DNA of 64,000 bases, from the NCBI GenBank assembly GCA_942491415.1, contig CALOAD010000008.1, positions 29,896 through 93,895 on the forward strand, read 5' to 3'. The translations under genes were made by a program, and so were the position numbers. Position 1 is the stretch's first letter; each line of letters opens with the position of its first letter. Origin of the DNA: Candidatus Gastranaerophilales bacterium. GTDB taxonomy: Bacteria; Cyanobacteriota; Vampirovibrionia; Gastranaerophilales; CALOAD01. Shown piece by piece: positions 26,767 to 36,561 of the stretch. The notes below the pieces were generated by a model that made no database searches, was not told the DNA's origin, and saw only the letters and a list, made by a program, of their open reading frames with translations.

Positions 26767-29700
26767 TTACTTTTGAAATAACCCTTGTAACGATTTGTTT
26801 TGAAGCTGATTAGCGATATTTAAACCTTTTTCAAAGGCTTTAGATGATTTAGTAATTGTACCAAGATCTTTATATAAAAAACATTGTAAAGCAAATAAAT
26901 TTTGATCTATAGCGAGTTTTAAAGCTTTTTCCGTGTACATTTTGGCTGTTTCAACATCACCTTTTTGCAAGTTTATTTTGCCTATAAGCTGTTGAATTAA
27001 AGACGCAAAAACAAAGTTATTAATCTCGGGTTTTTGAGCTACATCAAGAGCTTTTTGCGCTATAGATTCTGCTTCTTCCAAATTACCCGAATCCTTTTCC
27101 AGTTCCGCTATCAAGTACCATAACAGTAATGAAGGTAGTGCCAGTTTATTTCTTGAAACAAAGTTTATAAGCTCGTAATAAATATGCTTTGCCCGCTCAA
27201 TGTCCCCTTCGTCCTTGAAAGCTTTCGCTAAAAGAGTTCTCAAAATAACAAGGAAATTATAATTGCCGGTTCCTTGCGATTGGTTTATCAAAGTGGATAA
27301 ATCTTCTTTAATATTTGGTAATTTACCCTTTATAACATCATTTAACTGACTTATGAAGTTCCAATATAAGATCGATTCCGCATTATTTGGTATTTGAAGC
27401 AAAATTGGTTTTACCTTTTCAAGAATTTCTTCCGAAACAGTAGCATTACCTTGGATTGTTACACAAAGAGCTTTGACAAGATATGCTGTCATTGTCATTT
27501 CCGGCATGTTTGAATTTTGCGTTTGCTTGATTATATTTTCAATCTCAATCAATCCGTTTTTATTCCCCTGTAATGCCATTGATTCAGAGGAAACAAGCAT
27601 TGTCTCAACTATAGTTTGATAAAGCTCTTCAACTTGCAAACCGCCTATTGTTTGTGACTCCTGAATTGCAGATTGTACAATCGGCAGTACCTTTTTTTGA
27701 GCTACAGAAACAACCTCTTGAAATTTACCTAAATTACATAAAGGCTCTAATTTTGAAAAATTAAGCAATGCGTTTTCTAGAACCATAGACTCATCAAGCA
27801 TAGAAAGCGCTTTGTCTATGCATTCTATAGCACCTAAAAAGTCTGCATTCAATTCGCAACTTTTTGATAAATAACTGCACAGCTCAAGTGTTTTTATGTT
27901 ATTACCTTCTTTTTCATAATATTCAAGAGCTTTTGTAAGATAAGGAATCGATTCCTGAGGTCTTGTTATATTGTTAATTTTGCCTAATTGTTCACAAATT
28001 TGAGCTTCATATTGTTCTTTATCAGGAATTTCAATATCGCTCAATAGTTGTATTTGTCGAGTTAAAGTTGTTGAATAAACATTAATATCACCTACACTTA
28101 TTGCTTCTTGAGTGGCTATCTTCCACTGTTCAAAAGCTTTTTCTTTAATATTTGCATAATCAAAATAGCTTGCCGTGATTGAACTTGAAGATCGAGTATG
28201 CCCTTCAATGAAATTTGCAACATTTAAGCTGTAATTAACCTTATCTTCTTCTTCCAAAGAAAAATTAAGCACCGTTTCCCATATCATTTTATGCTTGAAT
28301 AAATAATTAAAATCATCAAACATAACAAAAAAACCATTAGCTGTAATCATTTGCATACACTCTTGAAATGACTTATTTTCTATTACAACAAGGGGTGGTA
28401 AAATGGCAGGCATAAATTTAGGACCGAATAAAGCTGCATAACAAATGACTTTGAATACCTCTTGAGAATAATTTTTAACACTCTCTAATCTTGCTTGAAT
28501 AACTTGCTCAAGCGTTTCCGGAAGTTTTATTTTATCAAGCTGAGGATTGGCTAAAATTCGATCTTCTTCAGGCTGCAAAAGCCCTGTTTGCATAAGCAAA
28601 AGCATTGTTTCTTCTAGATAAAGAGGTAATCCTTTTGAATTTTCAATCATTTGCGTTTTTATGTTATCAGGCAATACATCTTTACCCCCAAGCAAATTCA
28701 TTACCATTGAAATAATTTCCTGTTGCTCAAAAGGCTTTATCCTATAATTTAGAGAATTTTGTTCTCCTAAAACAGGAGCAAAGAAAAAATTATCAAGTGT
28801 AAAATTCTTACTATGAGTGGCTATTAGTTTAATGTTTTGATCAAGAATATTATTTTCTATCAAAAATTTCAAACATTCATAAGAAGATCTATCAATATCT
28901 TCAATATCTTCGACCACTAATACAGTTTTGGTTTTGGAGCTGATTCGTATTAATAAACGACCGAGGGCAGCAAATGTAGATTGTTTATTTTCCAAAATAG
29001 ATTGGTTATCATCATTAGGAATCGGTAATATAATATTTTTAATTGTATTTATAAAATTTAAATCTTCTTCTCCTAGATGATGTTTCATTGCTGTTTCAAT
29101 TTTTTGAGAAGAATTATCATTATCAATATTGAAAGCAGGAAGGGCAAAAAGAGTCTTTAAGACATCTTGAAAATAAGAAAAAGGTACAGCATCATTATAT
29201 TTTGAACATTGTCCAAATAGCCATACAATATTTTCTTCAGCCAAAGCTTGCCTGGCGTTTGTTACTATAGAACTTTTACCGGCTCCTGCCGAGCCCGATA
29301 TAGCGATAGCTTTAGAGGGTATTTCTTCTTTTACCAAGCTTATTATGGCATTAAATATTTCTTCTGAAGGACGAACCTCACCAAGAAAAGGGGGTTCAGG
29401 TATTGATGTCGATGTGTTTTCATTTTTGGTTTCTTTTGATTTTTTTTCTTCAGCCTCGGAAGGTTCAATATTTTTAACCTCTTTTGGTTGTACTTCTACA
29501 AATTGTGATTCTAAATTATATCGATATAAAGGTATTTCAGACTCTTTTACTGAAATTTTTTCAAAAGGGCATTGGTCTTTTAATAATTCATGAATTTGAT
29601 GATCAACAATTATATTTCCTGTTTGCCCAATTGATCTTTCCATTTGTGCATAATTTTTTTTATCATCTAAGGAGGCTAAAACTATTGCATACCTTAGTTT

Positions 29701-30342
29701 TAAACTTATTTTCAGTTTTTCTTGCAAGATAAAGTTAAGCTCTTTAATTAATTTTTGAATCTCAAAAGCTGATTGCAAAGCTTTTATTGAAGAATTTTGA
29801 GTTGAATCTGTATTTGTAAACTCAATAACCAATGTTTGAGACGATATTTTTTTTGCACTTACAGAAGCTATTTTTGCCTGCTTGGCTATAGTTTGATAAA
29901 ATTTATTTAAAATTTTATTTAAAATATTTTCATTTGATATTCTTGTTTTTAAAACTTTTAAATTAATTAAATCTATTGCTAATAAGGCATATTTATCTAA
30001 TGCTGGCTGTTTTTGTGGTTTTGATTTTTGCTTTCCTACTGTTTCAAAAATATTCCCGCATTTCAAACATTTTGGCATTTGATACGGATTTAAAACACCA
30101 CACTTTATACACTTTTTAAGAAGCAGAAAGCCACATTCTCTGCATTTAGAAGAGCTTGCCAAGTTTAAAGTTTTACAATTAGGACAAATTCTTGTTAAAC
30201 CAAGTCCACAATTAGAGCATTGTTTTGCATTTCTGAAATTCAAAGTTTTACATCTTGGGCAAGGTAATTTAAAGCTCAACCCACAGCTTGAGCAGTTATT
30301 ATTTGATTCAGGGTTTTCTGTTTTGCACTTGGGACAGAGCAT
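26767..30342 (-). CDS. Multi-zinc-ribbon / P-loop NTPase (STAND-like) / TPR protein
   Basis: 1191 aa. Five consecutive CP-x-C...C-x-x-CG zinc ribbons in the first 100 aa. Walker A ISGSAGAGKSS around aa 350. Long helical TPR-like C-terminus. Confidence 0.8.
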   Translation of the reverse strand: MLCPKCKTENPESNNNCSSCGLSFKLPCPRCKTLNFRNAKQCSNCGLGLTRICPNCKTLNLASSSKCRECGFLLLKKCIKCGVLNPYQMPKCLKCGNIFETVGKQKSKPQKQPALDKYALLAIDLINLKVLKTRISNENILNKILNKFYQTIAKQAKIASVSAKKISSQTLVIEFTNTDSTQNSSIKALQSAFEIQKLIKELNFILQEKLKISLKLRYAIVLASLDDKKNYAQMERSIGQTGNIIVDHQIHELLKDQCPFEKISVKESEIPLYRYNLESQFVEVQPKEVKNIEPSEAEEKKSKETKNENTSTSIPEPPFLGEVRPSEEIFNAIISLVKEEIPSKAIAISGSAGAGKSSIVTNARQALAEENIVWLFGQCSKYNDAVPFSYFQDVLKTLFALPAFNIDNDNSSQKIETAMKHHLGEEDLNFINTIKNIILPIPNDDNQSILENKQSTFAALGRLLIRISSKTKTVLVVEDIEDIDRSSYECLKFLIENNILDQNIKLIATHSKNFTLDNFFFAPVLGEQNSLNYRIKPFEQQEIISMVMNLLGGKDVLPDNIKTQMIENSKGLPLYLEETMLLLMQTGLLQPEEDRILANPQLDKIKLPETLEQVIQARLESVKNYSQEVFKVICYAALFGPKFMPAILPPLVVIENKSFQECMQMITANGFFVMFDDFNYLFKHKMIWETVLNFSLEEEDKVNYSLNVANFIEGHTRSSSSITASYFDYANIKEKAFEQWKIATQEAISVGDINVYSTTLTRQIQLLSDIEIPDKEQYEAQICEQLGKINNITRPQESIPYLTKALEYYEKEGNNIKTLELCSYLSKSCELNADFLGAIECIDKALSMLDESMVLENALLNFSKLEPLCNLGKFQEVVSVAQKKVLPIVQSAIQESQTIGGLQVEELYQTIVETMLVSSESMALQGNKNGLIEIENIIKQTQNSNMPEMTMTAYLVKALCVTIQGNATVSEEILEKVKPILLQIPNNAESILYWNFISQLNDVIKGKLPNIKEDLSTLINQSQGTGNYNFLVILRTLLAKAFKDEGDIERAKHIYYELINFVSRNKLALPSLLLWYLIAELEKDSGNLEEAESIAQKALDVAQKPEINNFVFASLIQQLIGKINLQKGDVETAKMYTEKALKLAIDQNLFALQCFLYKDLGTITKSSKAFEKGLNIANQLQNKSLQGLFQK

Positions 30343-30546
30343 TTATAGACTTTCTATCATTCATTTAATCAGTATTATTGTATCATTAAAAGATTAATAA
30401 ACTTGAAATAACATAATCTTTTAGCAAAAATTCTTAAAATTGCTATTTTAAAAGGCTCTTAATAGATAAAAAATAATTTTACAAGTTCTCTTTTTTGTTC
30501 CATACTTGAGTTATAAAGCGTTGTTATTCAAAAATGAGGCAACTTC

Positions 30547-30867
30547 ATGGATAAAGAAATGGAATTGAAAATTGTTGAAGATATGCAAGCTGTTGTAAAC
30601 CAGATGAAGCTGGATGACCTTGAAGATAATCCTGATTCTGAATATGAAACAATAAACTGCGATTCTTGCGGTGAAGAAAAATCAACAGCAGGCTCTGTAG
30701 TGTATGGAGATAAAGTACTATGCAATGATTGTGTTTTATTTGCCGAAATCGGATTCGCATTAAAAAAGTTTAAAAATATAGACGATTTAATTGCGAATAT
30801 GGAAGATAAACGTCTTGAAGATATGTGCAACTTCATTAAAGAAGATAAAAATCGACACAATAATTAA
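30547..30867 (+). CDS. Small acidic zinc-ribbon protein
   Basis: 106 aa with CDSCG...CNDC. Chosen over two overlapping antisense ORFs of low-complexity composition. Confidence 0.5.
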   Translation: MDKEMELKIVEDMQAVVNQMKLDDLEDNPDSEYETINCDSCGEEKSTAGSVVYGDKVLCNDCVLFAEIGFALKKFKNIDDLIANMEDKRLEDMCNFIKEDKNRHNN

Positions 30868-30965
30868 AAGCCTATTATTACAAACTTCATAAGAAATATG
30901 ATGTGTTGTATAATAAATCAGATAAGTTTCTTTTTATTTTATAATTCAGTTTTGGAGACAAATAA

Positions 30966-32018
30966 GTGCAAGTAGTTTCAGTAGATAAGCTGGTAACAAA
31001 GAAAATACTCCCTTTTGATCTTTATAATGAAAATGGTGAGAAAATTTTTAGCGCAGGAGAAGTACTCACTCCGGGTAAACTTTTGCAATTAAGATATATA
31101 TCGGTTCTTTATACCGATGATTCTTCCGAAAAAAAAGAAATACAGCAAGAAACCCTCGAATCTCAACAGTCTGAAGAACCTGTTGTAAAACCTGAAGAAA
31201 TTGTAATCAAAGAAGTTACAGCAACTAAAGATGATTTTGCGGACGAGTTGCCTGATGTTGAATTTTCAAAAGCCATTAATACAACCTCTTTTATAACTCC
31301 AAAGTCTCAACTGTCTGTAAAAGCTTTTTACGCAAAAGCTTTAGAGCTATTTATATCAACAAAAGAACCTGACAAAACCATCCAACTCTTTAACGATACT
31401 CGAGATAAAATTGTTGAAGATATTTATCCTATTGCAAATGATATAACTCATAAATCACAATTGAAAATGATCGGTCCTTACAACCAAAGCCATGGCATTA
31501 ATGTTGCCATTTTAAGTGCTTTTTTAGCTCTAAAATTAGGACTCAACGAAGGGCAGGTAAATGATGTTGCATTAGCTGCTTTGCTTCATGATATAGGAAA
31601 AGTAAGAATTCCTAATGAAGTACTTTCAAAATCTTCTTCATATCAAAGCCCTAAAGATTCTAAGTTAATACAATTACACCCTCAATTGGGTTATAAAATA
31701 TTAAAAAGAGAATTTGAACTTCCTGAGCATATTTGCAAAGTTGCTTTGGAGCACCACGAAAAAAATGACGGTTCAGGCTTCCCTTACGGCATATCAGGGG
31801 ATCAAATAAGCTTGTTAAGTCAAATAGTTTCAGTATGTAATGAATATGAAAACTTAATATCAAATAAAAGCACTCCGGAAATCAAAAGCCCTAAAGACGC
31901 CATAAGAGTAATGCTTGAAATCGGCACAAGATGGTTCACTCCTGATGTTTTTTATACTTTTGTTCATATGTCAAATTACAACGATATGATGCAAGTAGAC
32001 GATTTGAGCAGTATTTAA
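30966..32018 (+). CDS. HD-GYP domain protein (putative c-di-GMP phosphodiesterase)
   Basis: 350 aa with LLHDIGK and HHEKNDGSGFPYG. GTG start in the track. Confidence 0.85.
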   Translation: MQVVSVDKLVTKKILPFDLYNENGEKIFSAGEVLTPGKLLQLRYISVLYTDDSSEKKEIQQETLESQQSEEPVVKPEEIVIKEVTATKDDFADELPDVEFSKAINTTSFITPKSQLSVKAFYAKALELFISTKEPDKTIQLFNDTRDKIVEDIYPIANDITHKSQLKMIGPYNQSHGINVAILSAFLALKLGLNEGQVNDVALAALLHDIGKVRIPNEVLSKSSSYQSPKDSKLIQLHPQLGYKILKREFELPEHICKVALEHHEKNDGSGFPYGISGDQISLLSQIVSVCNEYENLISNKSTPEIKSPKDAIRVMLEIGTRWFTPDVFYTFVHMSNYNDMMQVDDLSSI

Positions 32019-32031
32019 AAAGGAAATTAAT

Positions 32032-33348
32032 TTGAAAGCTATTGTTATAGGAGGAGGGTTAGCAGGAGCAGAAGCGTCTTTGCAGCTTTCTAAAGCGGGT
32101 ATTGAAGTTGATTTATATGAAATGCGTCCGGAAAAAAAGACAGGGGCTCATTGTACTGAATTTCTCGGAGAATTGGTTTGTAGCAATAGTTTAGGATCAG
32201 GTGATATTGGCGTTGCAAGCGGGCTTTTAAAAGAAGAAATGCGCAAGCTCGGCGGTTTTTTGATTGGTTTTGCCGATGAATCCAAAGTTCCAGCAGGTAA
32301 TGCTCTTGCTGTTGATAGGGATGTTTTTGCAAAAAAAATAACTGCTGCTCTCGAAGAAGATAAAAATATAAATATAATAAGAAAAGAATTAAAAGAAATA
32401 CCTGAAGATACTCCAACAATAATAGCATCAGGACCTTTGACTTCTGATTCGCTTTCTGAAAATATAGCAAAATTCACGGGAGAAGATCATTTGCATTTTT
32501 TTGATGCCGTTGCCCCTATCGTCGAAAAAGATTCTGTAAATTTTGATATTGCCTTTTATGCAAGCAGATATGGAAAAGGAGAAGCCTCTTATATCAACTG
32601 TCCTATGGACGAAGCCCAATATGAAAAATTCTATAATACTCTTATAGAAGCTCCTAAAGCAGAACTTAAAAACTTTGAAAAAGATGCGAAGTTTTTTGAA
32701 TCTTGCCTTCCGGTGGAAGTTATAGCCTCTCGAGGTAAAGACACTCTAAGATTTGGACCTTTAAAACCTGTTGGACTAATAGACGAAAGAACAAATAAGC
32801 AAAATTTTGCCGTGGTTCAACTCAGACAGGATAATATGACAGGTACTTTGTATAACTTGGTTGGTTTTCAAACAAATTTAAAATGGGGAGCGCAAAAAGA
32901 ACTCATACAAACAATTCCCGGACTTGAAAATGCAACTATAGTCAGATACGGAGTTATGCATCGTAATACATTTATACACAGTCCTAATGTTTTAAAATCG
33001 ACATTGCAAACCCAAAAAAAGGATAACCTATTTTTTGCAGGACAAATAACAGGCGTTGAAGGTTATACAGAATCCATCGCTACCGGCATGCTTGCTGGCA
33101 TAAACCTTGCCAGATTTTTAAAATCTCAAGAACTTCTAAACCTTGATAGTAGCTGCATACTAGGTGCATTAACTGACTATATAACATTCAAAGAACACAA
33201 ACGATTTCAACCTATAAATAGCAATTGGGGTATATTAAAACCTATGAAATTTGATCGTAAAATAAAAAAAGACAAAAAAAGACGTAATGCAATCTATGCA
33301 CAACGATCATTAGATTATATTGAAGAAATAATGACAATAAAGTCTTAA
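32032..33348 (+). CDS. trmFO: Methylenetetrahydrofolate--tRNA-(uracil-5-)-methyltransferase
   Basis: 438 aa with N-terminal VIGGGLAGAEAS FAD motif and the GQITGVEGYTES motif. Confidence 0.92.
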   Translation: MKAIVIGGGLAGAEASLQLSKAGIEVDLYEMRPEKKTGAHCTEFLGELVCSNSLGSGDIGVASGLLKEEMRKLGGFLIGFADESKVPAGNALAVDRDVFAKKITAALEEDKNINIIRKELKEIPEDTPTIIASGPLTSDSLSENIAKFTGEDHLHFFDAVAPIVEKDSVNFDIAFYASRYGKGEASYINCPMDEAQYEKFYNTLIEAPKAELKNFEKDAKFFESCLPVEVIASRGKDTLRFGPLKPVGLIDERTNKQNFAVVQLRQDNMTGTLYNLVGFQTNLKWGAQKELIQTIPGLENATIVRYGVMHRNTFIHSPNVLKSTLQTQKKDNLFFAGQITGVEGYTESIATGMLAGINLARFLKSQELLNLDSSCILGALTDYITFKEHKRFQPINSNWGILKPMKFDRKIKKDKKRRNAIYAQRSLDYIEEIMTIKS

Positions 33349-33438
33349 AGGTTAAATTTAAAATCTTGAAACAAAATTTATAAGTAGTGCTTGACTATTA
33401 AGTTTTATCGTTGTTAAATAATAATTATGTTAATCCAC

Positions 33439-33521
33439 GGGTGAGTGGCGAAATTGGTAGACGCACTAGATTTAGGATCTAGCGAGCAACCCTCGTGAGA
33501 GTTCGAGTCTCTCCTCGCCCA
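33439..33521 (+). tRNA. tRNA-Leu (anticodon TAG), CCA not encoded
   Basis: Hand fold: acceptor GGGTGAG/CTCGCCC, D-arm GGCGAAATTGGTAGACGC, anticodon stem CTAGA/TCTAG with loop TTTAGGA, long variable arm, T-arm GAGAGTTCGAGTCTCTC, discriminator A. Confidence 0.85.
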
Positions 33522-33536
33522 TTTTTTATTTTAAAG

Positions 33537-34499
33537 GTGTTAAAACTGAGAAGTCTAAAGACAATCTTGAATCCTATAGATAATGATTTAAACTGTTTTG
33601 ATTCTTCTTTAATAGAAAGTTTAAACACAAATAATAACTTTATTAATGAGTTATCAAATCAAATAATAAAGTCTGGCGGTAAAAGGATAAGACCTGCTAT
33701 CGCTTTTTTAGTGTCTAAAAATTTGGATAATAATAGTCCTAAAATTAATAATATAGCTAAAGCAATAGAGCTCATTCACACAGCAACGCTTATTCATGAC
33801 GATATTATTGATGAAGCTTCTACAAGAAGGGGTGTTGAAACCACAAATAAACTTTTTGGTTCTAAAATCGCTGTTGTAATGGGTGATTTTTTCCTTTCAA
33901 CAGCATTAAAAGAGCTTGCAGCTGTTGAAAATCCTCAAATTATAAGTATTTTTTCGGATTATATGAAAGAAGTTTGCGAAGGTGAAATTCAACAAACTTC
34001 AAGTCAGGGGGAATTTTTATCTATTGATGAATATCTGGAAAAATCTAAGCGAAAAACAGCTTTGCTTTTTGCAGCTTCTGCTCAATCGGCGGCGATAATA
34101 AGCACTGAGAATAAGTCTTTAATAAAAGCAGTTACAGAATTTGCGTTAAACTTGGGAATTGCATTTCAAATAACTGATGATATTTTGAATTTTACAACTT
34201 GCAAAAAAGATAAGCCTAAGGGAAATGATATTTTATCGGGGATTTATACAGCTCCGATTATTTACGCTGTTGAATATCATCAAGATAAACTTAAAAAGCT
34301 TTTAAATGTTGAATCTGAAGAATTAAAACTTAATAAAATTATTGAGCTTATAAATGAAGCAGAGGGGATAGAAAAGTCAAAAAAACTAGCCGTTGATTAT
34401 GCTCAAAAAGCCTATTCTTCAATTGATTTACTACCGTTAAATGATTATAATAAATCGTTAAAAAATCTCATAGATTATATTTTGCAAAGAGATTATTAA
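33537..34499 (+). CDS. All-trans polyprenyl diphosphate synthase (octaprenyl/solanesyl type)
   Basis: First DDxxD LIHDDIID and second DDILN motifs. The track ORF start (33495) lies inside tRNA-Leu, so I moved the start to the in-frame GTG at 33537. The exact start is uncertain. Confidence 0.82.
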   Translation: MLKLRSLKTILNPIDNDLNCFDSSLIESLNTNNNFINELSNQIIKSGGKRIRPAIAFLVSKNLDNNSPKINNIAKAIELIHTATLIHDDIIDEASTRRGVETTNKLFGSKIAVVMGDFFLSTALKELAAVENPQIISIFSDYMKEVCEGEIQQTSSQGEFLSIDEYLEKSKRKTALLFAASAQSAAIISTENKSLIKAVTEFALNLGIAFQITDDILNFTTCKKDKPKGNDILSGIYTAPIIYAVEYHQDKLKKLLNVESEELKLNKIIELINEAEGIEKSKKLAVDYAQKAYSSIDLLPLNDYNKSLKNLIDYILQRDY

Positions 34500-34594
34500 A
34501 ATTTAATAACTATTGTTTTAAGACTTTGCTTTTTTTATACTGAAAAAAGAATTTAAAATTTTAAATTTGAAATTATATTTTAATAGGGTAAAAA

Positions 34595-35254
34595 ATGAGT
34601 AAATTCAAACATAAAAAAGCTTTTTCACTATTCGAGCTCTTAAAAGAAGCGATTGAAACGATAGTTATAGTAGTTGTTTTAGTTATACTAATCAGAAATT
34701 TTCTTGGAGAACCCAGGTGGATTCCGTCAGGATCAATGAAACCGACATTGCTTGAAGGAGATAGGATTTTTATTGAAAAAATAAGTAATTTTTTATCCGA
34801 ACCAAAAAGAGGCGAGATTGTAGTTTTTTATCCTCCTTTTGAAGAATTAGAGCAAGATTCTTGGGCTATTTTTACTCGATTATCGGGATTTTTCAATAAA
34901 GATACTGCCTATATAAAAAGGATTGTAGGGATTCCCGGAGATAATATTGAAATAAAGCAAAATATCGATAACGAGACTAATGATGTTTATATAAACGGAA
35001 AATTACTAAAGGAAAATTATAGACTTGATAATAGTTTTATAAATTGTAAGCCTGATATGTATTGTGGTCCTGCCGTAATTCCGAAGGACTCTTATTTTAT
35101 GATGGGAGATAATAGAGGGAATAGTCAGGATAGTAGATTTTGGGGCTTTTTGCCGAAAGATAGAATTATAGGTCGAGCTGTTTTCAGATTCTGGCCTATA
35201 CCAAGAGTCGGTACTTTTAAAACTCCTCAATATAAAGTTGAAACTGAAAAATAA
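34595..35254 (+). CDS. lepB: Signal peptidase I
   Basis: 219 aa with TM anchor, SGSMKPTL (catalytic Ser), YIKRIVG (Lys box), and GDNRGNSQDSR. Confidence 0.9.
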   Translation: MSKFKHKKAFSLFELLKEAIETIVIVVVLVILIRNFLGEPRWIPSGSMKPTLLEGDRIFIEKISNFLSEPKRGEIVVFYPPFEELEQDSWAIFTRLSGFFNKDTAYIKRIVGIPGDNIEIKQNIDNETNDVYINGKLLKENYRLDNSFINCKPDMYCGPAVIPKDSYFMMGDNRGNSQDSRFWGFLPKDRIIGRAVFRFWPIPRVGTFKTPQYKVETEK

Positions 35255-35296
35255 GTTTATATAACTCGAATCCATAAAACTATTTAGTAATTTAGG

Positions 35297-35956
35297 CTAT
35301 TTATTCTTTTCATTTTTCAAATAATATGAAGCGCAACCAAAACCTTTTTGCTCCATAATATTTGAGGAATAAGGATCGCAACTGTTAGAATATGCGCTTA
35401 TTCCAGCACCACCTGGGAATAAACCTTCTTTTAAAAAGTGCAGTACAAATATATCTTTGCCGAATTTATTAGGTGCTTTTAATCCATTAACATCGAAAAA
35501 AGCCATAGCGCAACCGTTAGCTTCTTTTAAATGACCAATATTATCAGAAGTACAATCTATACTTGCACTAACAAATTTCAAATAACTACCGTCACTTAAA
35601 ACAAAGCCGGTAGCTTTTTGGTTTGAAGCCTTTTTTTCATTTAAAAAGTTGTTTTCTTTACTCCAGCATTTTCCATAGATGTCATTATCTGTGCATTTTT
35701 TTGAAACGTTTAGATATTTTGAAAAAATTTCCTGTACTTGGGTTATATCAGAAAATAATCCTTTTAAAGAGTTTTCATTATCTTCTTTTAAAAGTTTTGT
35801 AGCTTGAGAAATGTCGTTATATCCTTTTTTTAACATTTCTATTTTATCTTTCATCTCAAGCATATCAACAACTTTGGGTATAATAATTAAAGTAGCTACT
35901 GTCATTACAACAAAAGCAGCTACAAATTCTTCTATGGAAAAGCCATTTTTTTTCAT
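35297..35956 (-). CDS. Type IV pilin/pseudopilin-like protein
   Basis: From the internal Met (ATG 35956): MKKNGFSIEEFVAAFVVMTVATLIII, a prepilin-like leader + hydrophobic helix with Glu at +5. Starts 1 nt after the stop of the upstream gene. Confidence 0.55.
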   Translation of the reverse strand: MKKNGFSIEEFVAAFVVMTVATLIIIPKVVDMLEMKDKIEMLKKGYNDISQATKLLKEDNENSLKGLFSDITQVQEIFSKYLNVSKKCTDNDIYGKCWSKENNFLNEKKASNQKATGFVLSDGSYLKFVSASIDCTSDNIGHLKEANGCAMAFFDVNGLKAPNKFGKDIFVLHFLKEGLFPGGAGISAYSNSCDPYSSNIMEQKGFGCASYYLKNEKNK

Positions 35957-35957
35957 T

Positions 35958-36485
35958 TTAAGCTTCTTCTTCTTCAGCTTCAGCTGAATCTGAATAGAAA
36001 ATGGAATCATGGCTGGTATCAGCTTCAAGAACTTTATCTTTTCTGTCTCCCAGTTCTTTATTTATCATAAAAGAATCAATTTCATTTAAGGTTAATTTGC
36101 CGTCTTTGTTAGTATCCATATCAGAAAAATTTGCCATAACAGTCTCTAAAAGAGTTTTATTTACTCCCATTCCATTTGCCGAAAGTGCATAAATCTCTTC
36201 TATTGTCATTCCTTTATCAACGAAATCAGATAAATATTTGTTCAACTCATCTTCTGAAACCACTGAGTTTTTATTTGTATCTATTTTCCCAATATTTTGA
36301 GATAAAAAATTTGCAAACGGCAAATCCAAACTTGTAAGACCTTCCAGCTCTTCAAGTTCTTTTTGTGTAAGACCGTTTGAAGCCTCGGTATTAAGTTTTT
36401 TATAAATATTAGTTAAATTCATTGCACTATTAACAAACAATTGTTTGGAAGTAAGGTTTTCAAGCATAACTTTTTCCTTTATCAA
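35958..36485 (-). CDS. EF-hand calcium-binding domain protein
   Basis: 175 aa with two EF-hand-like loops, DTNKNSVVSEDE and DTNKDGKLTLNE. Confidence 0.6.
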   Translation of the reverse strand: MIKEKVMLENLTSKQLFVNSAMNLTNIYKKLNTEASNGLTQKELEELEGLTSLDLPFANFLSQNIGKIDTNKNSVVSEDELNKYLSDFVDKGMTIEEIYALSANGMGVNKTLLETVMANFSDMDTNKDGKLTLNEIDSFMINKELGDRKDKVLEADTSHDSIFYSDSAEAEEEEA

Positions 36486-36561
36486 TAAACACTTTAAGTA
36501 TAATGATTTCTTTTAAAAAAGTCATACTTTATTCAATTTAGTTTTTTGTTTAATTGAAATT

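Noticed and set aside
33495-33536. Track start of the polyprenyl synthase ORF at 33495.
   Set aside because: Those first 14 codons lie inside tRNA-Leu (33439-33521) and its T-run. I moved the start to an in-frame GTG at 33537, though the true start may be slightly further downstream.
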